DNA from: Bdellovibrionota bacterium
Lineage (GTDB): Bacteria; Bdellovibrionota_C; UBA2361; OMII01
Direction of reading: 5' to 3'
Assembly: GCA_044345405.1 (NCBI GenBank)
Contig: JBIJBE010000001.1
Location: 96,001-160,000 of the forward strand
Length of the DNA stretch: 64,000 nt
In this document: piece after piece, positions 40,094-49,588 of the stretch
How positions within the stretch are numbered: position 1 is the first letter of the stretch
Layout: each line of letters opens with the position of its first letter
Notes under the pieces: generated by a model
The model's input: the letters and a program-made list of their open reading frames with translations, nothing else
The model's database searches: none
What the model was told of the DNA's origin: nothing
Translations under genes and position numbers: made by a program

Positions 40094-40525
40094 TTAGCAT
40101 CTCTGCCGGCCACCTTCGAAATGAATGGAGAGGGTGCTTTGGCGTTCGCCGTCGAGCACCGTGACCTCGTAATCGATGTCGGATTCCAAGACCTCCTCAG
40201 GTTGGAGTAGGAGCTGGTTCTTCGCTCGGATCTCCTCGAGCTCGGGAGCGCCGCCGAACATCCGCCGCCATATCGGCCGTGTATCCACCGTGTCGGTGAC
40301 CGTGGTGGTGCTTCTAAGGGGGACGGGTCGTGAGCCCCCAAGCTGCCTTACCCCAGTAACCTGGGGGGTGGAGGCGCGTCCTTGGAGGCGGAGCCCGCTC
40401 TGCGCACGCGCTTCGATCCGGGCGCCGTTGCTGATTGTGAAGGTGGGAGGGGGCCCGTGACACGCCTCCGCGCCGGCTGGTGTCCAGGAGAGCGCGAGAA
40501 CGATGAGCGTGAACAAAAATCTCAT
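40094..40525 (-). CDS. Hypothetical secreted protein
   Basis: Clear signal peptide ending AEA; one Cys at each end of the mature chain. Confidence 0.7.
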   Translation of the reverse strand: MRFLFTLIVLALSWTPAGAEACHGPPPTFTISNGARIEARAQSGLRLQGRASTPQVTGVRQLGGSRPVPLRSTTTVTDTVDTRPIWRRMFGGAPELEEIRAKNQLLLQPEEVLESDIDYEVTVLDGERQSTLSIHFEGGRQRC

Positions 40526-40678
40526 TGCTCAATACTACCCCTAGGCCATCACGTACCCCATCCCAAATGTGACTGGTGGTTTTTCGTAGGGATGCCCCTA
40601 GTCTTTGAGGATTGGGGTAGGCCCCTGATTAGACTAGCTCGGTCGGCCTGTTACACTAGGGGTCGCCAGGAGAGCGAG

Positions 40679-42301
40679 ATGCCCCCTCACGCACATGGAC
40701 TACACATCAAGGATGTCGATTGGAAGAGTGGACTGTCGCTGCCGAAGGCGCGCGCGCGTGGTCGTGATGTTGAGGAGTATCCAACTACCGTTCTCGGGGA
40801 ACTGGCGTTTCGAATTCGCGAGCTCTACTGTCGCGATAACGATCATCCGCGGCCGACCAGCGTAGAGCTCGCGCAGACCGCGCGGCTTGTTGGTCTTCTC
40901 TCCCAGGAAGTTCAGGGAGCGCCGCTCTATAAACGCTCCCCCGATGAGCTCGAGCTCATTAACTACCTCGTCACCCCACGGGTCCTTTGGAGGGAGGTGG
41001 TACCATTTCATCGGGCGATCCAGACGATCGTGGCTGAGCGTTTCGCGGAGGACGGGGGCGCGATAGCGGCTTTGCTTGGTCGCGCGTGGAGTGGAGGGGA
41101 GGGGTCGGTGTCGGTCTACTATCTCCAACAGATAGCGATCCATCTCTGCATGGTGGGGAACGTCCACAAAGAGGTCGCCAAAGTGGTTGCCTCCTCTATA
41201 CCTTCTCCGCGGCGAGCCGCGATGAGCGCTTCCCTTACGGGAGGGGCGTTCGCTCTGCTCGCGATGTGCGGTCAGCTCGGTGAGGAGCGTGCCAGCCGAC
41301 TTCTCTTAGGGGTAGGGCTGGAGGCGCTGGCACGGGCTGAGATGGTGGATAAGTTGTTCGTGCTCGATCCGCTCTCGCGGCCGACGGAGTATCGGTTCGC
41401 TTCGTATTTTCTGGCGGACCTTCTTCGAGCTCATCTCTCAGTCCATCCAAAGGAAGCAGGCTCGGAGTGGGCACCAACTGACGACGAGGTCCTCGATATT
41501 ACGCGGTCGTGGCTTGAGGGAAGTCACTTCCCTGTAAGGAATTTCCTGCGGCACTGTAACGCTCTCCGAAGAGACCTCCTTGCTCCTTCTCTCAAGGAAC
41601 TCTACTACCGGAACGGAATTCGAAACTTTCTGCGCCTCGAGCTCCGGGAGTGTGACGACCCGTGGTTTCTCATGAACTACCTCTCGGATCGAGACGCCCG
41701 CGCCACCGCCGGTCGTGATATTATCTTGGTCGCGATGAGTAGTGGCGATCACAACGACGCGTTTAGTGAGCGAAGTTGGGAATATGAAGCTATTCGATCG
41801 GCTGGGGATTCCCAAGGCTGGGAATTCGACTACGTCGAAGTCCGAGATAGCGTGGAGCTCGGGTATCACATCCTTCGACACCACGATCAGGGTTCCCGGG
41901 TGGCGGTACTCCATCACCTCGGTCATGGAAGTCGGGAGGGCGCCGAGTATGGCCATCTGGAGCGTGAAGGGAGGTCGCAGCTCGACCTCGCTACCTTATG
42001 TACGAACCGAGACCACGCTGAGGTGTGTTCGATCGCGGCCGCGGCTGTCGATACGTGGGTTTTGCATCATTGCTCAACCGCGGCGCCGGACACGGATCGA
42101 ACCCGAAAGATCTCTAATCTGAGAGAGGCGCTTCACAAGGCCACCGATGGGAAGGTGAACGTCACGGGTCTAAGGGGCAACGACGCTTTCGACGAGTTGA
42201 CCCACAGACGAGACTCGCGGGGCCGGGTCATCTTTACAGGCAGGGCTGTGTGGATGGGAGCGCAACGAGCGCAACGACGGACGAGAGGCGCGGAGGGATA
42301 A
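40679..42301 (+). CDS. Hypothetical protein with a C-terminal clan CD (His-Cys) peptidase-like domain
   Basis: DHNDAF, LHHLGHG, WVLHHCST; AGGAG RBS before ATG 40679. Confidence 0.6.
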   Translation: MPPHAHGLHIKDVDWKSGLSLPKARARGRDVEEYPTTVLGELAFRIRELYCRDNDHPRPTSVELAQTARLVGLLSQEVQGAPLYKRSPDELELINYLVTPRVLWREVVPFHRAIQTIVAERFAEDGGAIAALLGRAWSGGEGSVSVYYLQQIAIHLCMVGNVHKEVAKVVASSIPSPRRAAMSASLTGGAFALLAMCGQLGEERASRLLLGVGLEALARAEMVDKLFVLDPLSRPTEYRFASYFLADLLRAHLSVHPKEAGSEWAPTDDEVLDITRSWLEGSHFPVRNFLRHCNALRRDLLAPSLKELYYRNGIRNFLRLELRECDDPWFLMNYLSDRDARATAGRDIILVAMSSGDHNDAFSERSWEYEAIRSAGDSQGWEFDYVEVRDSVELGYHILRHHDQGSRVAVLHHLGHGSREGAEYGHLEREGRSQLDLATLCTNRDHAEVCSIAAAAVDTWVLHHCSTAAPDTDRTRKISNLREALHKATDGKVNVTGLRGNDAFDELTHRRDSRGRVIFTGRAVWMGAQRAQRRTRGAEG

Positions 42302-42305
42302 GACC

Positions 42306-43664
42306 CTATCCGTTTCCGTCGGGCGAAAGGCCCTTCGCGAGCCTCTCTTCACGATCGTATCGGTTCAACACAGAGTCCCATAGCTTTTCCACCTTCGCCG
42401 CCAGGTCCTTTTTTGAGGCCTTCGATAATTTCTTCGACTCAGCTAGTTTTTCAAGCTTAGTATCCTTAATCTCTTTGACGTAGGCGCGGCGGCTGTCATA
42501 GAGCGCCTCGATCTGTTGGTCGATCGATGCCTCGCTCAGGTCTACCGCCTGAGCCGCGTCCCGCAAGACCTCCTCAAACTTGCCGTGCTGAACACCGATA
42601 CTGAGAAAGACCTCAGCAGTTTGAGGGGTGATGTCGAAACCTAGTTTTTGTGCCTCTTTCAGAACCGGCGTAAGATGTGTGTCGAGGATAAAGCCGTGTT
42701 GAAGTGCTGGAAAGTCGCGCGGGTTCGTACGGGCGAGATAGCTCCAGTCCCGCTTAAACTCACTCGAGGATGGCTCATGGTCACGCAGAGCTTCGTATGT
42801 TCGTGCGGCGAGGCGTTTCTGCTCTGGAGAGAGGTCCGAGTCATTTCCGGCGTTCTTAAGGTAGCGCATGAAGCCTGGCATCGTTCCCTCGGCTATCTGG
42901 TAGTGCCCCCACGAAGCGCCGCCGGGATCGGCCGCCGCATTGGAATACGCGTCGGATTTCCCCTGCGATTCAAAGGCGCGGCACAGTGCTCCGAAGTCAC
43001 TCTTGAGGCCACTCACGAACCCGTCGATGTTTGTCGGGTTGGTTGACCTCTGCACGGGAGGGGCTGCTGGTGATTGTGGTGGCGGTGTGACGCTCTCCTC
43101 AAGGAGACTTCGCGGGGCATCATACGGCACGTTGATCATTTTACCGGCCAGGATGAAGGCTTCGTCTTTGTGACCGTTTATCGCCTGCAAGAGGGCAGGT
43201 GTGGTGTTGAATTCTTTAGCGAGCGCCGAAAGGGTGTCTCCAGGTGATACCTGATAGCGCACGATGGACGGTTGCTCTTTGGTGGGAATGCAGATCCGTT
43301 GTCCCACGCGGAGCGTGTTAAGGTTACAATCGTTCATCTCCCGCATCAGAGCGAGCTGTTTCTCAAGGGGATGTCGACTTGATGCCACGCTTTGCGCTAT
43401 CTCTGACGCGGTATCTCCCTTCTTGACGGTGTACGTTGTCATTCGTACGAGCGTTGGCTCTGTTTCGGTCGTCGCGGAAGGCTCGTTTGTCGCGGGCGGC
43501 ATAGCGCCTCTCGCGATCGCGCGTCTGGCGTCCTCTCGGTTTGTGGTTGAACTTGGTGGAAGGGTTGAGTCAGAGAGTGCTGGATATGAGGCGGCCGGGT
43601 GCGTCTGTGGTGGCACCTGCTCCGGTGTTGAGGGGCTCTTAAGCGAGGCGACGGTAAGTCCCAT
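42306..43664 (-). CDS. Two LysM domains plus a lysozyme-like muramidase domain
   Basis: YTVKKGDT and YQVSPGDTLS LysM; FES...DPGGASWGHYQ, SIGVQHG, NRY..E. Confidence 0.8.
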   Translation of the reverse strand: MGLTVASLKSPSTPEQVPPQTHPAASYPALSDSTLPPSSTTNREDARRAIARGAMPPATNEPSATTETEPTLVRMTTYTVKKGDTASEIAQSVASSRHPLEKQLALMREMNDCNLNTLRVGQRICIPTKEQPSIVRYQVSPGDTLSALAKEFNTTPALLQAINGHKDEAFILAGKMINVPYDAPRSLLEESVTPPPQSPAAPPVQRSTNPTNIDGFVSGLKSDFGALCRAFESQGKSDAYSNAAADPGGASWGHYQIAEGTMPGFMRYLKNAGNDSDLSPEQKRLAARTYEALRDHEPSSSEFKRDWSYLARTNPRDFPALQHGFILDTHLTPVLKEAQKLGFDITPQTAEVFLSIGVQHGKFEEVLRDAAQAVDLSEASIDQQIEALYDSRRAYVKEIKDTKLEKLAESKKLSKASKKDLAAKVEKLWDSVLNRYDREERLAKGLSPDGNG

Positions 43665-43902
43665 AAAAAACCTTCTAACGATCTCTCGATAGTTTATGCG
43701 GGATCGTTGGAGGGGTGTGGCATAGTGGGGCCACTGGGGACGAGCCGTGCGAGGTTTTCGTACGGGGCCCCCCGAATGAGGGAGCGCTCCACAGCCGAAA
43801 GAGCATGTTGTTGTGCGACGTTGCGGCGGTACATCCGCACAACATCGATAGTCGCAGAGGTGTGGAGTGACACCGACTGTCGTTTATGTCGCACAGGTTT
43901 CT

Positions 43903-45180
43903 ATGAGTAAAACATCCCCCCTCATAAACATCTTCAGCGCCGACCCCAAAGCCTCTATCGTTCCGGTGCGGGTCGATGGACTCTCTTTTCCAAAACTTGA
44001 GTCTGCGGGGCTTCTCGCTTCAGCCGACTATTCCAAGGTTGAAGGACGCGGAACCTACGAGGAGTTGGATAACGGTTCTGGGCGCCACCGTTACGTAAAG
44101 GGGGCCGGCAATCTTGAGTCGCTCCGGTCGCGGGGAGAGGATGACCCTCGATCGTTTCCACAGTTCGGTCACGCTCACTCACGTAAGTTCTTTTTCGGGT
44201 CTGACTCATCGACTACGGGCATCGGACAGACAGCTCCCCGAGTCAGGGGAGCGCTCGCGCTTCCCTACGCTGTCGGCGAAGTTATTAACGCCGCTGTCTT
44301 CCTTGATCTGCTGATGCGTAAAGAGGGGATCTCAACTGTTCAAGCCGCGGAGGCGAAGGGGCTGACGATTCCGGAGGGCGCGATATATTCGCCCGGTATA
44401 TCAGCCGATATCTGTGAGGGGCTCGCACGCGCTCGACGAGAGAGCGGTCGGAACGAAATCTTGGAACGTATCCCGCATAAATACGGTTTGGCGTCCCTGC
44501 GTGTGCCGTCATGCGCACGCCTTCGTACTCGTGAGGATGTGACCACGTCTAAGGGCGAGTTTTGGACCCGCGTGTTACGTTCGCCCGAAAAGATGGAGAT
44601 GGTGGGTCGAGTTTTAAGGCATCAACTACAGTGCGGATTCGTGAGTCTCTCAACGCACCTGCAAAACGTATATGACGCTCCGAATAGTCTCTGTCCTCAC
44701 GCTGATAGCAGTGACCTCGTGCCGATCAGCGAGGTTATGAACGCGGGCGCGCGCGCTGAGGTCGATAAGGAGGTTCTCCTTGAGGCGCTCGTGATGCGAC
44801 AGCTTCAGTACATGCCCTTGAACTTGATGCGCTTCTCGGCGTTGCCTGAGCTTCGAAATGACGCAAAGGGCGCCATTCACACCATCCTTTCCACGATTGC
44901 CCCAGGGGAGTGGACTCACCAGGAGCGGGAGGCGTTGGCGATCTCATTTCCTCGCAAGCCCTACACCGTCCTCTCAACGATCGCGAATCGCCTGATTGAT
45001 ATGAATTTGGTTGATGTCTCGCCTCAGGCGGATTGGGTCAAGATTCAGAGGCAACATTCCCGTTTCGGCTACGATCTTGTGGCTGACCATCTTACGCGGG
45101 TAGCGCTCGCAAGCGCATGCGCCTTGTATACCGGCGTTGTGGAGGCTGAAGCCAAGGGGGGCCTTTCTGACCTCTGTTAG
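43903..45180 (+). CDS. Hypothetical protein, possible SelO/kinase-like fold
   Basis: YVKGAG, GALALPYAVGE, GFVSLSTHLQN, HAD. Confidence 0.6.
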   Translation: MSKTSPLINIFSADPKASIVPVRVDGLSFPKLESAGLLASADYSKVEGRGTYEELDNGSGRHRYVKGAGNLESLRSRGEDDPRSFPQFGHAHSRKFFFGSDSSTTGIGQTAPRVRGALALPYAVGEVINAAVFLDLLMRKEGISTVQAAEAKGLTIPEGAIYSPGISADICEGLARARRESGRNEILERIPHKYGLASLRVPSCARLRTREDVTTSKGEFWTRVLRSPEKMEMVGRVLRHQLQCGFVSLSTHLQNVYDAPNSLCPHADSSDLVPISEVMNAGARAEVDKEVLLEALVMRQLQYMPLNLMRFSALPELRNDAKGAIHTILSTIAPGEWTHQEREALAISFPRKPYTVLSTIANRLIDMNLVDVSPQADWVKIQRQHSRFGYDLVADHLTRVALASACALYTGVVEAEAKGGLSDLC

Positions 45181-45268
45181 GGCTTACCTCTTTGCTGTAG
45201 GCTGATCATGACATCGGATAGTGACGTCTTGTCACGTTTTCGTGATACTGGGAGAGGCTAAGAGCAAC

Positions 45269-46459
45269 ATGAACTACCGCGCGTGGGTCTTTGGTATCGC
45301 CGTGCTTTTTTCTATCGCCTCGGCGCGCGCGCAGAGTGTCGATGTGGATATTCCTCGCAAGCAGCTCGAGCTCGGCGTCTTCGCGCTCAAAAAAGGCGCC
45401 GAACAGAGTGTGAATGTAACGGTTTCTCCCCTGAGTATTCACTCCGCGCTTATGCTGTTACGGTTGGGTGCCCGTGGCGCTGTCGCTCAGGAGATCGATG
45501 AGAAACTTCTGTCCGCTCCGTTTTCGTCCGAGGTGCAGGGGCTCTACACGAACCTGATCTCTCAGATGAATCTTTCGAGCGAGATGGTGACGTCGACCTT
45601 GGCGAACGCGGTATGGCTCCAGTCGGGACTTCCGTTTCAAAAGGGGTATGTTGCGGATTCACAACGAATATTCGCCTCTGAGCCTCAGCACGTCGATTTC
45701 GGGGAGCCGGAGAGTGCCCGGGGCGCCATTAATCGTTGGGTGTCATCGAAGACACACGGCCTCGTGTCTCATCTCTTGCCGGCGGGCTCGCTCTCTCGAA
45801 GCTCGACCTGTGTGCTCGTGAACGCGCTCTATTTCAAGTCAGCGTGGCTTCACGCGTTTGATTCAAAAGCCACCAGAGAGGGGGACTTTTGGAATACTCC
45901 GTCCAGCTCCTCTAAAGTTCCGATGATGTCGAGCTTGAAGAGTATGGGGTACTTTGAAGATGGGGCGTGGCAGGGGGTGCAGCTCAGATATCAGGGGTTG
46001 GACTTTATGTTCGTGGTGCTCGTGCCGAAAGAGAAGCGTTCCGTAGGGGGCGTCGTTCGTGATCTTACCCCTGAACTCTTCACGCGAGCTATTGTAGATG
46101 CTCGTGTTCGTGAGGTGGAGCTCACCCTTCCGCGCTTCAAGGCGCGTTTCTCCATGGATCTGATGGAGCAGCTCAAGGTGTATGGTTTGAACCACCTTGA
46201 ACGTGGGGATTACTCTGGTATCTCTCCTCGCAACGTATCGCGCGTCAGTGGTGTGCTACACGAGGCGGTTGTGAGCGTTGATGAAATTGGAACCGAGGCG
46301 GCGGCCGCGACCGCGATTACGATGGTAGGGGGCGCGATGGTTGAGCCCGACCATGAGGGGCCTACAAAGGTAACGGTGGATCGACCCTTTGCATTCGCGC
46401 TCGTCCAACGCTCCTCAACCGCGCCTCTGTTTGTCGGTGTTGTAGGAGATCCTCGGTAG
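45269..46459 (+). CDS. Secreted serpin
   Basis: SPLSI, INRWVSSKTHG, NALYFKSAW, EIGTEAAAAT hinge, VDRPF. Confidence 0.93.
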   Translation: MNYRAWVFGIAVLFSIASARAQSVDVDIPRKQLELGVFALKKGAEQSVNVTVSPLSIHSALMLLRLGARGAVAQEIDEKLLSAPFSSEVQGLYTNLISQMNLSSEMVTSTLANAVWLQSGLPFQKGYVADSQRIFASEPQHVDFGEPESARGAINRWVSSKTHGLVSHLLPAGSLSRSSTCVLVNALYFKSAWLHAFDSKATREGDFWNTPSSSSKVPMMSSLKSMGYFEDGAWQGVQLRYQGLDFMFVVLVPKEKRSVGGVVRDLTPELFTRAIVDARVREVELTLPRFKARFSMDLMEQLKVYGLNHLERGDYSGISPRNVSRVSGVLHEAVVSVDEIGTEAAAATAITMVGGAMVEPDHEGPTKVTVDRPFAFALVQRSSTAPLFVGVVGDPR

Positions 46460-46464
46460 AGCGG

Positions 46465-46683
46465 TTAGGAATCCGACTCGTCCCCACCTTGGGAGGAGGG
46501 CACGGGATTGGATGCGATGCGATAGTTCTCGCCAAACCACTTTGAGAGGTCGTTCATGCGGCACCGCTCCGAACAGAAGGGAGAGCGGGTTGGATCGTGC
46601 GGCGGGGAAAGGGGAGCCCCGCATATCTTACAATGGGTTATATCCTTATCTGATCTTTGGCTGTTTTTTCCCTGGGTGTTCAT
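46465..46683 (-). CDS. yacG: DNA gyrase inhibitor YacG
   Basis: CKIC...PFCSERC..DL.KWF.E.Y.I. Confidence 0.9.
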   Translation of the reverse strand: MNTQGKNSQRSDKDITHCKICGAPLSPPHDPTRSPFCSERCRMNDLSKWFGENYRIASNPVPSSQGGDESDS

Positions 46684-46728
46684 ACCGTAAGGGTCGCAGA
46701 TGGGAGCTCAGAAAGAAAGGGGAAGCGA

Positions 46729-47004
46729 TTACTCCGCGCTAGGTGCGACCGGCCTAAACTTTACCTCGGTAACCCCAGTTGAGTCCTGCGCGAGTAAGCA
46801 GAGCTGGGTGAATTGCGCCCCTTTCTGAAGGTACGCTTCGTCATCTTTGGATCCCGGCTCAAGGAAGAGAGTGTCAGATTCGAAGTGGTACGCCTGAATC
46901 CGGCGCATCCTGTCGAGGAGCCCGAGCTGTAATTTCTCGTCGAGGTCTGCCAAGAACTTCTCCCACAGTACGGGGTTGTTGCCCTTTGCTACTCCATCGC
47001 TCAT
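46729..47004 (-). CDS. Small hypothetical protein, possibly DnaA domain I/DciA/tau-C-like fold
   Basis: LWEKFLADL helix, DTLFLE strand, VTEVKF strand. Confidence 0.6.
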   Translation of the reverse strand: MSDGVAKGNNPVLWEKFLADLDEKLQLGLLDRMRRIQAYHFESDTLFLEPGSKDDEAYLQKGAQFTQLCLLAQDSTGVTEVKFRPVAPSAE

Positions 47005-47180
47005 GCTCCACCACTATCCTTTTGTAACACCTCCCCGTTGGTCGGATGCAAAGAACACCCGCCTGCGAAGGAAGTTGCATTGTGTAAGGGTTTCGGGAAC
47101 TAAGGTGAAACGTTCGCCGCAGTTCCTCGTTCAGCCTCTACGATGAGTATACCCTGGGAGGCTTGCCCCCCGAAAGTATC

Positions 47181-47235
47181 AAAAACTTAAGGGCGCGATA
47201 TGACAGGGAACTTATTCCCTTCACGTCGCGCCCTT
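47181..47235 (-). terminator. Terminator-like hairpin downstream of the 47301-47591 gene
   Basis: AAGGGCGCGA...TCGCGCCCTT stem with an A run on the + strand. Confidence 0.6.
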
Positions 47236-47300
47236 GATGTATCGATTTTCCGATACCTAGGAGAATTGCGCAGAGGTGTGACCACCTCTGGAGTAACGAC

Positions 47301-47591
47301 TTACGCTAAAGCGTCGTTAGCGGCGAACTCTCGAAGCTGAGCTTCGGCTTGTCGCCCGATAGCCTTTCGAAGGCTCTCGCTGTCGAGGTCAAGAGCCTCG
47401 CAGATGAACTTGAATGAAAGTGGAGCGTCAGTTGGTTCCTCGTCCATGAGCCATGAGCGTGCACCTTCACGAACGTCGCCCTCGCCACCGATGAAGTCAT
47501 GGATTGCCCGTTGAAGAACCGCTGCAAGTAATCGCAGTTCGGGAATCGCTGCACCAGGGGTCGGAACATCAGAATTTGACCAGAATTTCAT
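47301..47591 (-). CDS. Hypothetical protein, paralog of 37268-37630
   Basis: PELRLLAAVL...ARSWLMD...LSFKFICEALD. Confidence 0.8.
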   Translation of the reverse strand: MKFWSNSDVPTPGAAIPELRLLAAVLQRAIHDFIGGEGDVREGARSWLMDEEPTDAPLSFKFICEALDLDSESLRKAIGRQAEAQLREFAANDALA

Positions 47592-48322
47592 GATTGTTGT
47601 CCCATCAAAAAGTTATTCATTCCTGACCATCGCTCTCTCCGAAAACATTTTCGTCGAGCTCTTGAGCCAGAACACCATCCGTTGTCCGTGTATCCAGACA
47701 CCAGATAAAACCAACCGCGCCGGTCTTCCTCTATGACCATCGTCACACCTCTTTCTTCGTTAGTGGGATACACTTTCAAAGATGAGAAGGGTGACCGAAC
47801 GAGGCGACCTCTCTTACGTTCCAGTTCGTTTATCGCGAGGCGTGTAACGCGCTTCCGCGATGCGACTTTCAAGTGTTCGCACCGCTTTTGAACCACTCCC
47901 AACCCTGACTCAACGGAACAAAAGTCCTAGGCCCATTCTGTTCTTCAACGGAGGGCGCTCTATGGACTTTTAACTGCTGAGCTACTATCGAGTGCGATTC
48001 CCGCTCTAACGGACTGACAACCTAAAAAGGTTAAACCCTGAGCAAAACCGGACCCGGAGAATAATCCTTGGGGATCTCGTAGGTCAAGGATTATTTTCGT
48101 CGCGACTGAGATACTTGAAGAGTGCTGGTATCTGTCGCCATCTGTCCGTTTATTAGTGGTTGTGGTACCGCTCGTATGAGCCCGAGCGAGAGGTTTGATC
48201 CCGATAGCGCCGGCGGAGCTTCGAGGGAAGGGTGTTTCGGAGCTCATCGGTTGAAAGTTGGCGTCTATTTCTATATGATTTTCAGCGTCTTAACTAGCCT
48301 AGTGGCATAAAGGGTCGCGAGC

Positions 48323-49576
48323 GTGACGAAAATAGCAGTCGATAAAGGAATTGACCTTCTCCATCCAGGAAAAGGTGTTCGAGAGCACTTCCCCTTCTTC
48401 ACCGAGGGGCCCGGAGGATGTTACCTCGATTCCGCGGCGACAACGCAAAAGCCCGCCGTGGTGCTGGACACGCTCCGTGATGTGCTCGTGAATCATAACG
48501 CCAACGTACATCGTGGCGCGTATCGTCTGAGCGCCGTCGCGACTGAGATGTACGACGAGGCACGTCGAAAGATAGCTCGCTATATTGGCGCGCGCTCCGA
48601 ACGGTCAATTATCTTCACACGGGGCGCTACCGACGCGATTAATCTCGTGGCGTACGGCTCGGAGCTTCTCTTCCAACCTGGCGACGTGATCCTTCTCACC
48701 CTGCTCGAGCACCATAGCAATATCGTGCCGTGGCAGATGCTCGCTAAGCGCCGTGGGCTCAAGGTGGTATTCACCGAGATCACACCCGAGGGGCGGCTCG
48801 ATCTGAACGACTTCAAGGCAAAGCTCTCCTCCTTGAAGCCGAAGTTAGTGGCGTGCACGCAGCTCGCGAACTCCCTCGGGACGATTACGCCGATAGAGGA
48901 GGTGGTGCGGCTTTCAAAAGCGTCAGGAGCGATGACCTTGGTTGATGGCGCGCAGGGGGCCACGCACCTCGGCGTAAACGTGGAGGAGCTTGGGTGCGAT
49001 TTCTACGTGTGCTCTGGCCACAAGATGTACGGACCGACCGGAATCGGCGTCCTCTACGGACGACCGGAGCGTCTTGAGGCGATGCAACCGTTTCTGGGCG
49101 GAGGCGATATGATCTCCTTCGTTAGCGTCGAGGGGGCCGGGTGGGCTGAGGTGCCCCAACGGTTTGAGGCGGGAACTCCGGCGTTCCCTGAGGCGATCGC
49201 CCTCGGGGCCGCGGTTGATTTCCTCTCTCGATTCTCGCGCGCTGAGATTAATCAGCATGAGGTTGATCTGGTGAAGAGCGCGATACAGCTCCTGAAGGGA
49301 GAGCAGGGGGTTACCCTTCACGGGCCAGGCGTTCACGGAGGTGATCAAACCTCGGTGTGCTCCTTCACGATCGATTGTGTTCATCCGCATGATTTCGCCA
49401 CTATCGCCGATACCCACAACGTTCAGATCCGAGCGGGCAATCATTGCGCCATGCCCACCCTTCGAAAGTTAGGGGTCCCGGCCACGGTACGAATGAGCTT
49501 TGGGATCTACTCATGCGAGGCTGACTTTCAAGCGGTTGTGAGCGCGGTGCGAGAAGCGCGGAAGATGTTTTCGTAA
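48323..49576 (+). CDS. sufS: SufS-type cysteine desulfurase
   Basis: YLDSAATTQKP, ANVHRG, EHHSN, SGHKMYGPTG, RAGNHCA. Confidence 0.92.
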   Translation: MTKIAVDKGIDLLHPGKGVREHFPFFTEGPGGCYLDSAATTQKPAVVLDTLRDVLVNHNANVHRGAYRLSAVATEMYDEARRKIARYIGARSERSIIFTRGATDAINLVAYGSELLFQPGDVILLTLLEHHSNIVPWQMLAKRRGLKVVFTEITPEGRLDLNDFKAKLSSLKPKLVACTQLANSLGTITPIEEVVRLSKASGAMTLVDGAQGATHLGVNVEELGCDFYVCSGHKMYGPTGIGVLYGRPERLEAMQPFLGGGDMISFVSVEGAGWAEVPQRFEAGTPAFPEAIALGAAVDFLSRFSRAEINQHEVDLVKSAIQLLKGEQGVTLHGPGVHGGDQTSVCSFTIDCVHPHDFATIADTHNVQIRAGNHCAMPTLRKLGVPATVRMSFGIYSCEADFQAVVSAVREARKMFS

Positions 49577-49588
49577 GGCGAAGGTCCA

